A stretch of DNA of 59,006 nt, taken from contig DBHM01000027.1 of assembly GCA_002296185.1 (NCBI GenBank), positions 1 to 59,006 of the forward strand. The letters run 5' to 3'. Below, piece by piece: positions 36,160 through 46,020 of the stretch. Every line of letters begins with the position of its first letter. Position 1 is the stretch's first letter. The stretch is from Alphaproteobacteria bacterium UBA828. Lineage in GTDB: Bacteria; Pseudomonadota; Alphaproteobacteria; UBA828. Below the pieces are notes generated by a model. The model was not told the DNA's origin. It was given only the letters and a program-made list of their open reading frames with translations, and ran no database searches. A program made the position numbers and the translations under genes.

Positions 36160-36882
36160 ATGAGCAAAGTTGCTTTAGTTACAGGGGGTACGCGCGGTAT
36201 TGGTGAAGGTATTGCAGTTAATCTTAAGGAAAGGGGATATAAGGTAGCTGTAAATTACAATAACGATGACTCGGTTGCTAAATCCTTCCATAATAACACA
36301 GGTATTCCTGTTTATAAATGGGATGTAAGCGATTGGGAGTCCTCTGAGAAGGGTATAAGCTCCCTAATAAATGATATGGGCTCAATTGATATATTAGTTA
36401 ACAATGCTGGAACTGCATCTGATTCAAAGTTTGAAAACATGACTCTTGACCAGTGGAGAAAAGTACAAAGAGTAAACTTAGATTCTGTATTTATTACATC
36501 AAAGTTAATTTATCCTTATATGATAGAAAAAAAATGGGGGCGCATAATTAATATTGGATCCATGAATGGGCAGGCTGGACAGTTAAATCAGGTCAATTAT
36601 GTTGCTGCAAAAGCTGGAATGCATGGATTTACAAAGGCTCTAGCATTAGAGGCTGCGAAATATGGAATAACAGTTAATACAATAGCCCCAGGATACGTCG
36701 ATACTTATCTTATGAGTCAGATGCCAGATAGAATAATGGAAAAAATTATAGGCGCATCACCGGTTCGAAGATTGGGGTTAGAAAAAGAGGTTGCTCATGC
36801 TGTAATATTTTTAATTGATGAATCTGCTGCATGGATGACGGGTTCAACTATCTCTATGAATGGTGGGACTCATATGTATTAG
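36160..36882 (+). CDS. phbB: Acetoacetyl-CoA reductase-like SDR
   Basis: VTGGTRGIG, NNAG, NLDSVF, NYVAAK (YxxxK), IAPGY, GSTISMNGG. Confidence 0.8.
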   Translation: MSKVALVTGGTRGIGEGIAVNLKERGYKVAVNYNNDDSVAKSFHNNTGIPVYKWDVSDWESSEKGISSLINDMGSIDILVNNAGTASDSKFENMTLDQWRKVQRVNLDSVFITSKLIYPYMIEKKWGRIINIGSMNGQAGQLNQVNYVAAKAGMHGFTKALALEAAKYGITVNTIAPGYVDTYLMSQMPDRIMEKIIGASPVRRLGLEKEVAHAVIFLIDESAAWMTGSTISMNGGTHMY

Positions 36883-36903
36883 TCTCATTTGTATTAAATG
36901 AGA
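36883..36903. terminator. Hairpin between convergent phbB and metW
   Basis: TCTCATTT-GTATT-AAATGAGA, a perfect 8-bp stem; no strong U-tract. Confidence 0.4.
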
Positions 36904-36944
36904 TGGTTAAAACTTAGTACAAATATAATTACTAATGGGTTAAA

Positions 36945-37577
36945 CTATTTATCCCGGGTCAATAAAAATATTGCTTGCTCTCCGAAAAGATTAGCATGGC
37001 CATTTGTGCCTGAAAATCGAGTGGCGCGACCCTTAGAGTCAAGTTTGATTCCTTTTTCAATTATGTGACCATCTTCTTGACAAAGAAAAATAAAATCTCG
37101 GATAGTGCAGGGGTGAATATTCTCAGTATTCCACCATCTATTATCATTTTTTTCAGCAATAGGTATCCGTCCACGAAAGAGCAGATGAAAGCGATTTTTC
37201 CAATAGCCAGCATTAGGTATTGATACTACTGCGTATCGTCCTATTCGTAGTAATTCATTGAGCATTTCCCGAGGTTTAGATATCACCGGTAGCATTTGCC
37301 CAAGGATTACGTAGTCAAATGTATCGTCTGGATAGTCATATAGATCAGTATTTGCATCACCTTGAATAACCGAAAGCCCTCGGGCAACAGATGCATTTAC
37401 TCCTTTCTGGCTTATTTCAATGCCTCTACCGTCGACATTTCTTTTTTCTTCCAAAAGTTCTAATAAACTTCCATCACCACAGCCAATATCTAGGACTCTG
37501 GATCCAGGTTCTACAATTCCTGCGATTAGATAAAAGTCAGCCCGTTTTGAGCGAACATTGTTTATTTTTTTAGACAT
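36945..37577 (-). CDS. metW: Methionine biosynthesis protein MetW
   Basis: [32 protein letters not shown]-like [15 protein letters not shown] 37577 overlaps the metX stop by 8 nt. Confidence 0.93.
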   Translation of the reverse strand: MSKKINNVRSKRADFYLIAGIVEPGSRVLDIGCGDGSLLELLEEKRNVDGRGIEISQKGVNASVARGLSVIQGDANTDLYDYPDDTFDYVILGQMLPVISKPREMLNELLRIGRYAVVSIPNAGYWKNRFHLLFRGRIPIAEKNDNRWWNTENIHPCTIRDFIFLCQEDGHIIEKGIKLDSKGRATRFSGTNGHANLFGEQAIFLLTRDK

Positions 37578-38763
37578 TTTGCTCGAGCCCCTTATGCCTG
37601 GCAGCTCCATTGAGAAAGCCTGAGAGAATATGAAAAAGGTCAGGTTCATCTAGTAAAAATGCATCATGTCCTTTATCACTTTCTATTTCAACAAAGCTTA
37701 CATTCGCAGCAACAGTATTTAAGGCTCTAACAATCTCCTTACTTTCAGCGGTAGGGTAGAGCCAGTCACTTGTGAAACTAACAAGACAAAATCGTGCGTT
37801 TGAATTACGAAAAGCTTCCGCTAGTGCACCACCGTATTCTTGGGCCAGGTCGAAGTAATCCATAGCCCGAGTAATATAGAGATATGAATTTGCATCGAAT
37901 CTGTTCACGAAACTTTCACCTTGATGACGAAGGTAACTTTCAACTTGAAAGTCAGCATCAAATGCGTATGAAAGATCTGCTCGATCTTGAAGATCACGAC
38001 CAAATTTTTTGTGTAATGCAGTTTCAGATAGATATGTAATATGAGCTGCCATTCTGGCAACAGCTAGTCCGCGTTCTGGAGACACTTCTTTTTCAATAAA
38101 TCTTCCATTATGCCACTCAGGATCTGCCATTATAGCTTGTCGCCCCACTTCATGGAATGCAATATTTTGTGCTGAGTGTCGTGCAGCTGCAGCTATTGGT
38201 ATTGCACTAAATACCTTTTCTGGAAAATCAGCTGACCATTGCAAGACCTGCATTCCACCCATAGATCCACCTATTACACAAAATAATTCTTCTATCCCAA
38301 GTTTTTCAATAAGTAGAGATTGGGCTGAGACCATGTCTTTGATAGTGATGATTGGAAAGTCAGTGCCGTAGGGCTTGTTAGTCGCTGGGTTAATTGACCC
38401 TGGTCCTGTAGTGCCCATACATCCCCCAAGGACATTTGGGCAAATAATGTAGTAGCGTTCGGTATCTAATACTTTCCCTGGCCCAAGCATTAGTTCCCAC
38501 CAGCCAGGCCTACCTGTTTGAGGATGTGGCCCCAGAACATGCTGATCTCCAGTAAGGGCGTGGCAAACTAATATTGCATTATTTTTTTCCGAATTTAATT
38601 TACCCCAAGTCCTATAAGCTATAGAGATATTATCGAGGTGTTCTCCTGACGATAGTTTTAGTGGAAATTTATCAGCTACAACCATACTTTGATCGACCGG
38701 GGAAGCTGGTGTTCCCCCAGGCGAGGTTTTTTTAATAGAGTTAGCCTTTAAATCTTCTGTCAT
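37570..38763 (-). CDS. metX: Homoserine O-acyltransferase
   Basis: CHALTGD, GWW, NVLGGC, GGSMGGM (nucleophile Ser), RFDANSY, SDWLY, GHDAFL. Confidence 0.96.
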   Translation of the reverse strand: MTEDLKANSIKKTSPGGTPASPVDQSMVVADKFPLKLSSGEHLDNISIAYRTWGKLNSEKNNAILVCHALTGDQHVLGPHPQTGRPGWWELMLGPGKVLDTERYYIICPNVLGGCMGTTGPGSINPATNKPYGTDFPIITIKDMVSAQSLLIEKLGIEELFCVIGGSMGGMQVLQWSADFPEKVFSAIPIAAAARHSAQNIAFHEVGRQAIMADPEWHNGRFIEKEVSPERGLAVARMAAHITYLSETALHKKFGRDLQDRADLSYAFDADFQVESYLRHQGESFVNRFDANSYLYITRAMDYFDLAQEYGGALAEAFRNSNARFCLVSFTSDWLYPTAESKEIVRALNTVAANVSFVEIESDKGHDAFLLDEPDLFHILSGFLNGAARHKGLEQNV

Positions 38764-38944
38764 GCTACTTTTTTATCCTATAACCTAAAATTACTATCGT
38801 GAAGAGACTAAAATATTCCCTAAACTGTAAGGAATTGGCAAACAATACTATAATGTCAATGTTTTCTTTGATTTTGTTGTTCACATACCTTACCAAATAA
38901 CTCTATAAAGCACTTTGATCGGTTCATAACATATATTTGTAATA

Positions 38945-39841
38945 ATGATAAATAAGCCTAACTCGACCAAAAACTTAGACCAGCTTCGTCAAGATATTAA
39001 TGAAATTGATGACGAAATTCATTCTCTATTGATAAGAAGGTCTTCTATTGCGGTTGAAGTTGGGAAAGTTAAAAGACGCTCAAAACAGTTAAAAAGCTTT
39101 ATTAGACCTGCTCGAGAAGCTGAGGTTATGAGGCGCTTATTATCCAACCATAATGGTTTTTATCCAAAAGGACTCATTGTTAGTATCTGGAGGCAAATAA
39201 TCTCATCTACATTAAGTTTAGAGTCTGAATTTACAATATCAGTCTTTTCTGGGGATGATACTAGGTCTGGAGCGGCATATGAGAACCTTGCCAGAAGATA
39301 CTTTGGAGAAGATTCACCTCTTCGTCATACAAAAACAGAAAGTGGAGTACTCAGAGCAGTTAGAGACGGTAAATCATCAGTAGGGATTTTACCCATACCA
39401 GAAGATGAAAGATTTGATAATTCCGATATACCTTGGTGGGCAACGCTTGCATCAAGTGGTGAATTTCGTCCCAGGGTAATTGCAAGGATACCCTGGCTCA
39501 TGGATAAACATGGCGTTAGTAAGGGGCTTGAGGGGCTTGCTATTGCATGTTCAGAGCCAGAAGATAGTGGCGATGATATGACATTTCTTGTAATGAAATT
39601 TAAGAGCCCAGTTAGCGCAGATAAAATTACAAAATCTATGGGTATTGCAGGTTTATCGACTGCTGGTGTAATTGCTTCTAGCTCGAAAATAAATCAAGGG
39701 GAACCAGATTGGAAGCTTATTGAAGTAAAAGGTTTTATATCTGAGGAAGATTCTCGATTAGCCAAATTTTCTTCTTACATTGGTGATGCCCTGGAAATAT
39801 ATTTTGTGCTAGGATCTTATGCTCGACCAGATAGAAATTAA
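38945..39841 (+). CDS. Chorismate mutase (AroQ domain with degenerate PDT-like C-terminus, alphaproteobacterial type)
   Basis: LDQLRQDINEIDDEI..LL.RR, RPAREAEV, WRQIIS; upstream of hisC-tyrC. Confidence 0.85.
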   Translation: MINKPNSTKNLDQLRQDINEIDDEIHSLLIRRSSIAVEVGKVKRRSKQLKSFIRPAREAEVMRRLLSNHNGFYPKGLIVSIWRQIISSTLSLESEFTISVFSGDDTRSGAAYENLARRYFGEDSPLRHTKTESGVLRAVRDGKSSVGILPIPEDERFDNSDIPWWATLASSGEFRPRVIARIPWLMDKHGVSKGLEGLAIACSEPEDSGDDMTFLVMKFKSPVSADKITKSMGIAGLSTAGVIASSSKINQGEPDWKLIEVKGFISEEDSRLAKFSSYIGDALEIYFVLGSYARPDRN

Positions 39842-39918
39842 ATTTTTGATATCGTAAAGACCCAAAATAGCGAATAGCTTCTAATGTTAACTAGATTAAA
39901 CAAATTGTGAGGTAGGCC

Positions 39919-41016
39919 ATGCTCAAATACCCAGAGCCCAGGCCGAGAATCCTGGAGATTGACCCCTATGTTGGCGGAAGCGCTGAGATAGCCGGTAAAA
40001 AAAATGTTATTAAGCTTTCCTCAAACGAGGCTGCTCTAGGCCCTAGTGGAGAGGCAATAAGAGCATATAAAGCTCATTCCGAAAGGATTTCAAGGTACCC
40101 GGATGGTGGGGCCAGTGAGCTGAAATTAGCTCTGTGTGGCATACATAATATTGATCCTAATAGAATAGTCTGTGGTGCAGGTTCAGACGAGTTATTGCAG
40201 TTGTTATGTAGAGCATACGCTGGCCCAGGAGACGAGGTATTATTTACTGAACACGGTTTCTTGGTTTATAAATTAGCAGCTTTAGCTTCAGGAGCGTCAC
40301 CAATCGCAGTTCCTGAGACTAACTTATGTGCTAATGTTGATCAGATTTTAAATGCAGTATCTAAAGATACACGTATTATTTTTATTGCTAATCCTAATAA
40401 TCCTACAGGTAGTTATCTATCACGGTCAGAGATTCATCGCCTTTGGAGTAATCTGCCAAGTAATATCATTTTGGTAATTGATGCTGCATATGCCGAGTAT
40501 GCAGGATTACAAGACTATAATTGTGGAATAGACTTAGTGGATTCTAGTGAGAATGTAGTTATGACGCGAACATTCTCTAAGTTATATGGTCTAGCTTCTT
40601 TGAGAGTTGGTTGGTGCTATGCTCCAGGAAGTATAGTAGATGTTCTAAATCGTGTAAGGGGACCTTTTAATGTTACCGGTGCAGCAATAGAAGCTGCCAC
40701 AGCTGCTTTGTCGGATAGAGATCACATTAACAAGTCGCTTGCGCTCAATGATAAATGGCTTAATAGTTTTCCAGATCAGCTTTCTGGGACAAAAATTAAA
40801 TGTTTACCTAGTGCAGGTAATTTTATACTCATGCAATTTCCCAGTATTAAAGGACAAAGCGCAACTGATGCTGAAAAGTTTTTAATTAAAAATGGTATAA
40901 TTGTTCGTAACGTTGAATCATACGGACTTCCTGATTGTCTGAGAATTACTATGGGTTTAGATCATGAAATGGAGACTGTTATTTTAAAACTTAATGAATT
41001 TGCGAGGATCCCTTGA
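39919..41016 (+). CDS. hisC: Histidinol-phosphate aminotransferase
   Basis: KLSSNE, YPD, GAGSDE, ANPNNPTG, DAAYAEY, RTFSKLYGLASLRVGW. Confidence 0.95.
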   Translation: MLKYPEPRPRILEIDPYVGGSAEIAGKKNVIKLSSNEAALGPSGEAIRAYKAHSERISRYPDGGASELKLALCGIHNIDPNRIVCGAGSDELLQLLCRAYAGPGDEVLFTEHGFLVYKLAALASGASPIAVPETNLCANVDQILNAVSKDTRIIFIANPNNPTGSYLSRSEIHRLWSNLPSNIILVIDAAYAEYAGLQDYNCGIDLVDSSENVVMTRTFSKLYGLASLRVGWCYAPGSIVDVLNRVRGPFNVTGAAIEAATAALSDRDHINKSLALNDKWLNSFPDQLSGTKIKCLPSAGNFILMQFPSIKGQSATDAEKFLIKNGIIVRNVESYGLPDCLRITMGLDHEMETVILKLNEFARIP

Positions 41017-41900
41017 AGAAAAAACCACATTTTGATTGTGTAGCACTTATTGGGATTGGGTTGATTAACTCATCATTAGCACGAGTCATTAGACGCGATA
41101 GCCTAGCTGAAAAAATTATTGGCTGCTCTCGCAGTGATGCAACCCTAGAGAAAGCGAAGAAATTAAATCTATGCCATTCATATACAACAGATGTTAGTTT
41201 TGCTGTTGAGGGTGCTGATTTAATTGTTCTTGGGGTTCCTGTTGGAGCAAATAAGCAACTTGCGAAAATAATGGGGCCTGCTTTGAAGCAGGGAGCAATA
41301 GTTACTGATGTTGGCTCTGTAAAGCGCTGCGTTATTGAGGATGTGAAACCTCACCTACCTGAAAGTGTTCATCTTATTCCTGCCCATCCTGTAGCTGGTA
41401 CGGAGCATTCAGGTCCTGAAGCTGGCTTTGAAGGTCTGTTTGAGAATCGTTGGTGTATTTTGACACCAGAAGAAACGGCGGACCCTGACGCTGTAGAAGC
41501 CGTCAAGAATTTATGGTTACAAGCTGGTATGCAAGTTGATTCTATGGACGCTTATTATCATGATCAGATTCTTGCTATTACCTCTCATTTACCTCACTTG
41601 ATAGCATATAATATTGTTGGAACAGCTTATGACCTTGAGGTTGTTAATGAGAGTGAAGTGATAAAGTATGCCGCTGGAGGTTTTCGTGATTTCACACGTA
41701 TCGCTGCGTCTGACCCAGTAATGTGGCGTGATGTATTCCTGAATAATCGAGAAGCAGTTCTGGAGATGCTTGGGCGGTTTTCAGAGGACTTATCTGTATT
41801 GCAAAGAGCAATTCGCTGGGGTGATGGTGATACCTTAGAGGAACTATTCTCTAAAACAAGAGATATTAGAAAAGGTATAATACAAGCTAAACAAGTGTAG
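41013..41900 (+). CDS. tyrC: Cyclohexadienyl/prephenate dehydrogenase
   Basis: IGIGLINSS, TDVGSVK, AHPVAGTEHSGP, HDQILAITSHLPH, AAGGFRDFTRIAASDPVMWRD. Confidence 0.93.
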   Translation: MKKKPHFDCVALIGIGLINSSLARVIRRDSLAEKIIGCSRSDATLEKAKKLNLCHSYTTDVSFAVEGADLIVLGVPVGANKQLAKIMGPALKQGAIVTDVGSVKRCVIEDVKPHLPESVHLIPAHPVAGTEHSGPEAGFEGLFENRWCILTPEETADPDAVEAVKNLWLQAGMQVDSMDAYYHDQILAITSHLPHLIAYNIVGTAYDLEVVNESEVIKYAAGGFRDFTRIAASDPVMWRDVFLNNREAVLEMLGRFSEDLSVLQRAIRWGDGDTLEELFSKTRDIRKGIIQAKQV

Positions 41901-41922
41901 CTATAAAATGTTAGGTGTTAGA

Positions 41923-42957
41923 CTAGAAAGTTATAGGGTCTACACTAGTTACATTCATAGGCCCAACGGATAAAATGCCATCTTGTATGGTCAGCGGGAT
42001 CGCATTTAGTTGCCTTGATCCATCAGACTTTTCCTCAGCAAGCATGTTAAAAGCCACTTTTGCTATGAATGCATCTCCTAAAGGAATTGCATTACTCATA
42101 ATTAATGCATCTATCATATCACCATACCCTGTTACATCAGCGGCAATTGCAGCTAATGGGCGCTCATGTTCATCGAGTGTCATAGTTCCGCTAGCCTCTA
42201 GCTCTAGCGGTCCCCATCTTCCACGAAGAGAATTGATATCTAAAAACCCTCCAGAATCACGCCATCTTTTCATAGTATTATTAGGCTCGTCATCACTTAT
42301 AGTCCCAAATAGACTGGTAGAAATATCAAGGTGATCTATATATTCTCCCATATCCTCGCCAAATCCATCTGGCAATACAATTTTTTCTAAATTAAGGGTA
42401 GTATTCACTAGAGGGGCATTTAGTTCTTGAGATTTATGAGATCCCAAAACCTGAATTTTTAGCTGTAAATAAGAGACTAGTGTAGGCTCTTTACTTATAG
42501 GGCTTTCTAAAGAGATATCAAAAAGTTGGGTATGAATATCTCTCAAATATTTCCCATCTCTAGTTATCTCTACTCGGCCGGAAGCCAATTTTATTAAATA
42601 GGTTTCTATTAACCCATTATTAGTAGTTTTAGCCCAAGTCTCTTTATCAGGGGTTATATTTATTCTTCTAAAATTCCAGGGCTCTAAAGAAATATGAAAA
42701 CGCTTTGTAGCTATAATTAGATCAGAATCAGAAATCTCTATTTCAGGTTTTTCTATTTGGATATCTAAATTCAGAGGAAATCCACGAGTAGAAATATCCT
42801 CAAAAACTATCTTATTACCCAAAGTATTTTGTATAGAGGCCCACTCATTGATTCTTTTGGTAATTTCAGATGCTGCTATATACCAGTATGTAGTATACCC
42901 AAATATTACAGTGGAAAAAACTATAAGAGTAATAGTTACAACGGATAGAAAAGCCAT
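41923..42957 (-). CDS. DUF2125-like membrane-anchored protein
   Basis: N-terminal TM with YWY, GFPL, WRDSGG, WGPL, GTMTLD...P, PLTIQDG..SVGP; usual position beside tyrC. Confidence 0.8.
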   Translation of the reverse strand: MAFLSVVTITLIVFSTVIFGYTTYWYIAASEITKRINEWASIQNTLGNKIVFEDISTRGFPLNLDIQIEKPEIEISDSDLIIATKRFHISLEPWNFRRINITPDKETWAKTTNNGLIETYLIKLASGRVEITRDGKYLRDIHTQLFDISLESPISKEPTLVSYLQLKIQVLGSHKSQELNAPLVNTTLNLEKIVLPDGFGEDMGEYIDHLDISTSLFGTISDDEPNNTMKRWRDSGGFLDINSLRGRWGPLELEASGTMTLDEHERPLAAIAADVTGYGDMIDALIMSNAIPLGDAFIAKVAFNMLAEEKSDGSRQLNAIPLTIQDGILSVGPMNVTSVDPITF

Positions 42958-43020
42958 ATAAGTAGCCTTTATAAAAAATTACATAGTTATATGATTAGTA
43001 TTAAATAATAAAGCTAACTT

Positions 43021-43035
43021 CCGATTTAAAATCGG
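43021..43035. promoter_or_regulatory. Palindrome CCGATTT-A-AAATCGG in a divergent promoter region
   Basis: Perfect 7-bp arms, extendable by ACTT/AAGT with a 2-nt bulge. Confidence 0.3.
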
Positions 43036-43116
43036 GCAAGTGTTGAGTATAATTTTCTATTTATTAGTTCTATAGGCAGTAAACATATCAAATAATTGAA
43101 CCCTTGAGAGTTAGCT

Positions 43117-43659
43117 ATGAATAATTTTAATAGTGATATTTGGATATTTGCTTATGGTTCCTTAATTTGGCGACCCGGATTCAAGTATATAGAATCACAA
43201 AAGGCTTTTCTTGGAGGCTATAATAGATCTCTTTGTGTCTACTCTTACAAGTATCGTGGTACACGTGAATGCCCCGGATTAGTTCTTGGCTTGGATAGGG
43301 GGGGCTCTTGCGAGGGTGTTGCTTATCTGGTTGATCATTCTTTAGCTGAGAGGACATTGCAAGCGGTTGATAAAAGAGAAATTGTTTACGATGTGTATAT
43401 TAGATCTAGAGTCGAGGTAGAAATTTTAACAGGACCTAATTGTGGGAATAGAGTGCAGGCTTTTACATATATTGCTAACCCAGCCAGTGAACAATATATT
43501 TCTAGTATGAGTTCAATGGATAAAATAAAATATATAAAACAAGGGCATGGAGATTCTGGATCATCACTAGAATATTTGATTAATACTGTTGATTATTTAA
43601 AAAAACTAGGAATAAAAGACTGTGCATTGACAAAACTTCTTGATGAGGTGAGGGGGTAG
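43117..43659 (+). CDS. chaC: ChaC family gamma-glutamylcyclotransferase
   Basis: WIFAYGSLIWRPGF, YRGTRECPGLVLGLDRGGSC, RE, GDSGSSLEYL. Confidence 0.92.
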   Translation: MNNFNSDIWIFAYGSLIWRPGFKYIESQKAFLGGYNRSLCVYSYKYRGTRECPGLVLGLDRGGSCEGVAYLVDHSLAERTLQAVDKREIVYDVYIRSRVEVEILTGPNCGNRVQAFTYIANPASEQYISSMSSMDKIKYIKQGHGDSGSSLEYLINTVDYLKKLGIKDCALTKLLDEVRG

Positions 43660-43672
43660 AATCGCATAGTTT

Positions 43673-44425
43673 TTAATTTTTTTGTTCTACTTCCGTTAAT
43701 AAGTCACTCATAGCCTCTTCCATTGTATTTTCTAGTCTAAACATAAATTTTTCTCTATTTAATCCAGGTTCAATTGCAGGTAAGAATTGGAGTATTATTT
43801 TTCCAGGGTATTTTCGAAATGACCTTGGTGGCCAGTGCATACCTGAATTATGTATTACTGGAACTACTGAAACATCTAAGTTTGAATATATTCCAGCAAC
43901 ACCCGATTGGTATCGAATTTTAGTTCCGGGCATAACTCTTGTGCCTTCAGGAAAAATTATTAACGACCGATTATCATTGATGGATTTTTTTGCCTGTTTG
44001 ATAAGGTATCGCAAGGCTCTTGCGTGGCCGAGTCGGTCAATACTGATCATTCCCATTTTTTTTGTGAACTGGCCGTATCCTGGAATGAATCCTAATTCTT
44101 TTTTTATTACATAAACAGGGTTATCTAGTAAAAGTAAGAAAACTGTAGTTTCCCATTCAGACTGATGTTTAGAAGCAATTATAGCCGGTTCAAGGGGTAT
44201 GTTTTCTCTCCCCCTTACTTCAAATGTAATACCTGCGACTAGATGGAGGATAATATGATTTCCTTTAGCCCAAGTTATCACTAGCCATTTAAATAACGAT
44301 TTAGGAAGCAAAAATATAGTAGCAATCATTACGCAGCCTATAATAATTGCCCAAACGTAAAATCCAATTGTACATAGCAGCGAACGTGAGAAGTTAAGTT
44401 TTTTATGTCTACTTTTTAAAGGCAT
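43673..44425 (-). CDS. plsC: 1-acyl-sn-glycerol-3-phosphate acyltransferase
   Basis: SKHQSEWET, KKEL, IDR, IFPEGTR, NSG..WP. Confidence 0.9.
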   Translation of the reverse strand: MPLKSRHKKLNFSRSLLCTIGFYVWAIIIGCVMIATIFLLPKSLFKWLVITWAKGNHIILHLVAGITFEVRGRENIPLEPAIIASKHQSEWETTVFLLLLDNPVYVIKKELGFIPGYGQFTKKMGMISIDRLGHARALRYLIKQAKKSINDNRSLIIFPEGTRVMPGTKIRYQSGVAGIYSNLDVSVVPVIHNSGMHWPPRSFRKYPGKIILQFLPAIEPGLNREKFMFRLENTMEEAMSDLLTEVEQKN

Positions 44426-45036
44426 TACGTAGTTGGCTTAATCATGATTAACAGAAATTTAGCATATTCGCTTGCAATCAGTTTAGATGTTCCTTGATGA
44501 TACCACCAATCTCTAACTTTCACGTGTTGAGGAAATATGGGATTAGCTACAAGGGTAGCGTTTGGGAGTGATCTGCGGAATTCCATCATACTCCTTGGCA
44601 TATGATAACTGGCTGTTACAACACGTAAGCTAGTAAAATTATGAGCATTGAACCATGAAGCGGTTTCTTTTGCATTTTCAGCAGTGTTAGATGCATCATA
44701 TCCGATTTTTATACAGCATTTTAATTCAGAAATTATTTGTGCAGATGAATTAAATAGGTCAATTGGTTGTAATCCTTTTGTTACTCCACTTACGAATAGT
44801 TTCTTACCTAGTCCATCATTAAGTAATTGTAAGCCTGCTTCTAGTCTTCCAGAGCCACCAGTAAGCACTACAATAGCATCAGTATGACTATCACGATCGA
44901 ACTTCGTATTTGAAGTTTGATTAGCAAACCAGATAAGTCCAATAGACCATGCAAAAAGTGCAGCAACTAGTAGCCCACTAGTAATTGCCCCTAGAAGCGG
45001 GAGGTGTTTGAGATTAAAAAAACCAATTATTTTCAC
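44425..45036 (-). CDS. YdcF/ElyC (DUF218) family protein
   Basis: DAIVVLTGGSGR, LFVSGV, NTAENA, VVTASYHMPRS, SEYAK. Confidence 0.9.
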   Translation of the reverse strand: MKIIGFFNLKHLPLLGAITSGLLVAALFAWSIGLIWFANQTSNTKFDRDSHTDAIVVLTGGSGRLEAGLQLLNDGLGKKLFVSGVTKGLQPIDLFNSSAQIISELKCCIKIGYDASNTAENAKETASWFNAHNFTSLRVVTASYHMPRSMMEFRRSLPNATLVANPIFPQHVKVRDWWYHQGTSKLIASEYAKFLLIMIKPTT

Positions 45037-45285
45037 AAGCTTATCCTGTTGTGTTCATTAACAGATAATTGTTACCTTTTTATCATGGGCACAGTTAGAA
45101 AGAGCTGTTAGTTTGTTGTATAAATCTTATTGTATATGAGTCATACAGTTTTTTATACTCCATAACAGATTTGAAAGAGAAAGAGGAAATATCTTATCCA
45201 AAATTTGCAAAAAATATCTGCTAAAGGCTAAATTGAAAAATTACCCTATCTCCCATTATTTTTTTATATGCTCTACGGTTTGAAT

Positions 45286-45960
45286 ATGATTGTTATATGC
45301 CCTTCATGCGACGCGCGATATCTGGTTGACCCTCTTTCACTAGGTTCTGAGGGTAGGAAAGTGCGCTGTGCAAAATGTAATTTTACTTGGCATAAAAACC
45401 CCCCTCCGGAATTACCAAACAAATCAGAGACTGAAACTGATCTTGTCCCCTCAAGTCAGAATCCAATACCTTTATCACCTGGTGCTAATTTGCCAGTAAT
45501 AGTTTCTCAAAGGGAGCGTAGCAAAATTTTTGTTTGGGCGGTAATTGTTCTTTCATTTATGATTGTTGTTGGGGGCATTCTTGCGGGGCGTCATCCAATA
45601 GTAGATTCGTGGCCTGAAGCAAATAAATTCTACTCTGCTATAGGAATGGGCATTTCTTTTGCGGGCCCTTCGACCCTTTCATTTAAGAATGTATCGCGTT
45701 TACAAATTACTCAAGAAGGAATTCCGGTCTTAGAAGTTAGGGGCGAGGTCTGGAGTAATAAAAAAACAGAGATAAGAATTCCACCTATTCGTGTAGCGGT
45801 AATTGATTCTGGTGGTAGGGAGCTGCATCATTGGATAGTGATTGCTACATCAAGAGTTGTTGATGCATCTAAGGGTATAGAATTTATGACTCGGCTTTCA
45901 AACCCTCCTAGTGCTGCCGCCAGTCTTGTCCTTACTTTTGTAGATAAGAAAGATTCTTAG
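45286..45960 (+). CDS. MJ0042-type zinc-ribbon membrane protein (DUF3426-like)
   Basis: ICPSCDARY...GRKVRCAKC.FTW, Pro-rich linker, one TM, periplasmic beta domain. Confidence 0.85.
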   Translation: MIVICPSCDARYLVDPLSLGSEGRKVRCAKCNFTWHKNPPPELPNKSETETDLVPSSQNPIPLSPGANLPVIVSQRERSKIFVWAVIVLSFMIVVGGILAGRHPIVDSWPEANKFYSAIGMGISFAGPSTLSFKNVSRLQITQEGIPVLEVRGEVWSNKKTEIRIPPIRVAVIDSGGRELHHWIVIATSRVVDASKGIEFMTRLSNPPSAAASLVLTFVDKKDS

Positions 45961-45972
45961 TGTAATTTTACA

Positions 45973-45996
45973 CCTCTAACTGAAACTATTTAGAGG
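45973..45996. terminator. Hairpin between the convergent zinc-ribbon gene and lysA
   Basis: CCTCTAA-N10-TTAGAGG, flanked by TGTAA-TT-TTACA and CTTAA-N5-TTAAG. Confidence 0.3.
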
Positions 45997-46020
45997 CTTA
46001 AATAAATTAAGTCATTGGTC

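Noticed and set aside
38764-38944. Possible SAM-II/SAM-alpha riboswitch upstream of metX
   Set aside because: No matching pseudoknot consensus found on the minus strand; the region looks like divergent promoters.
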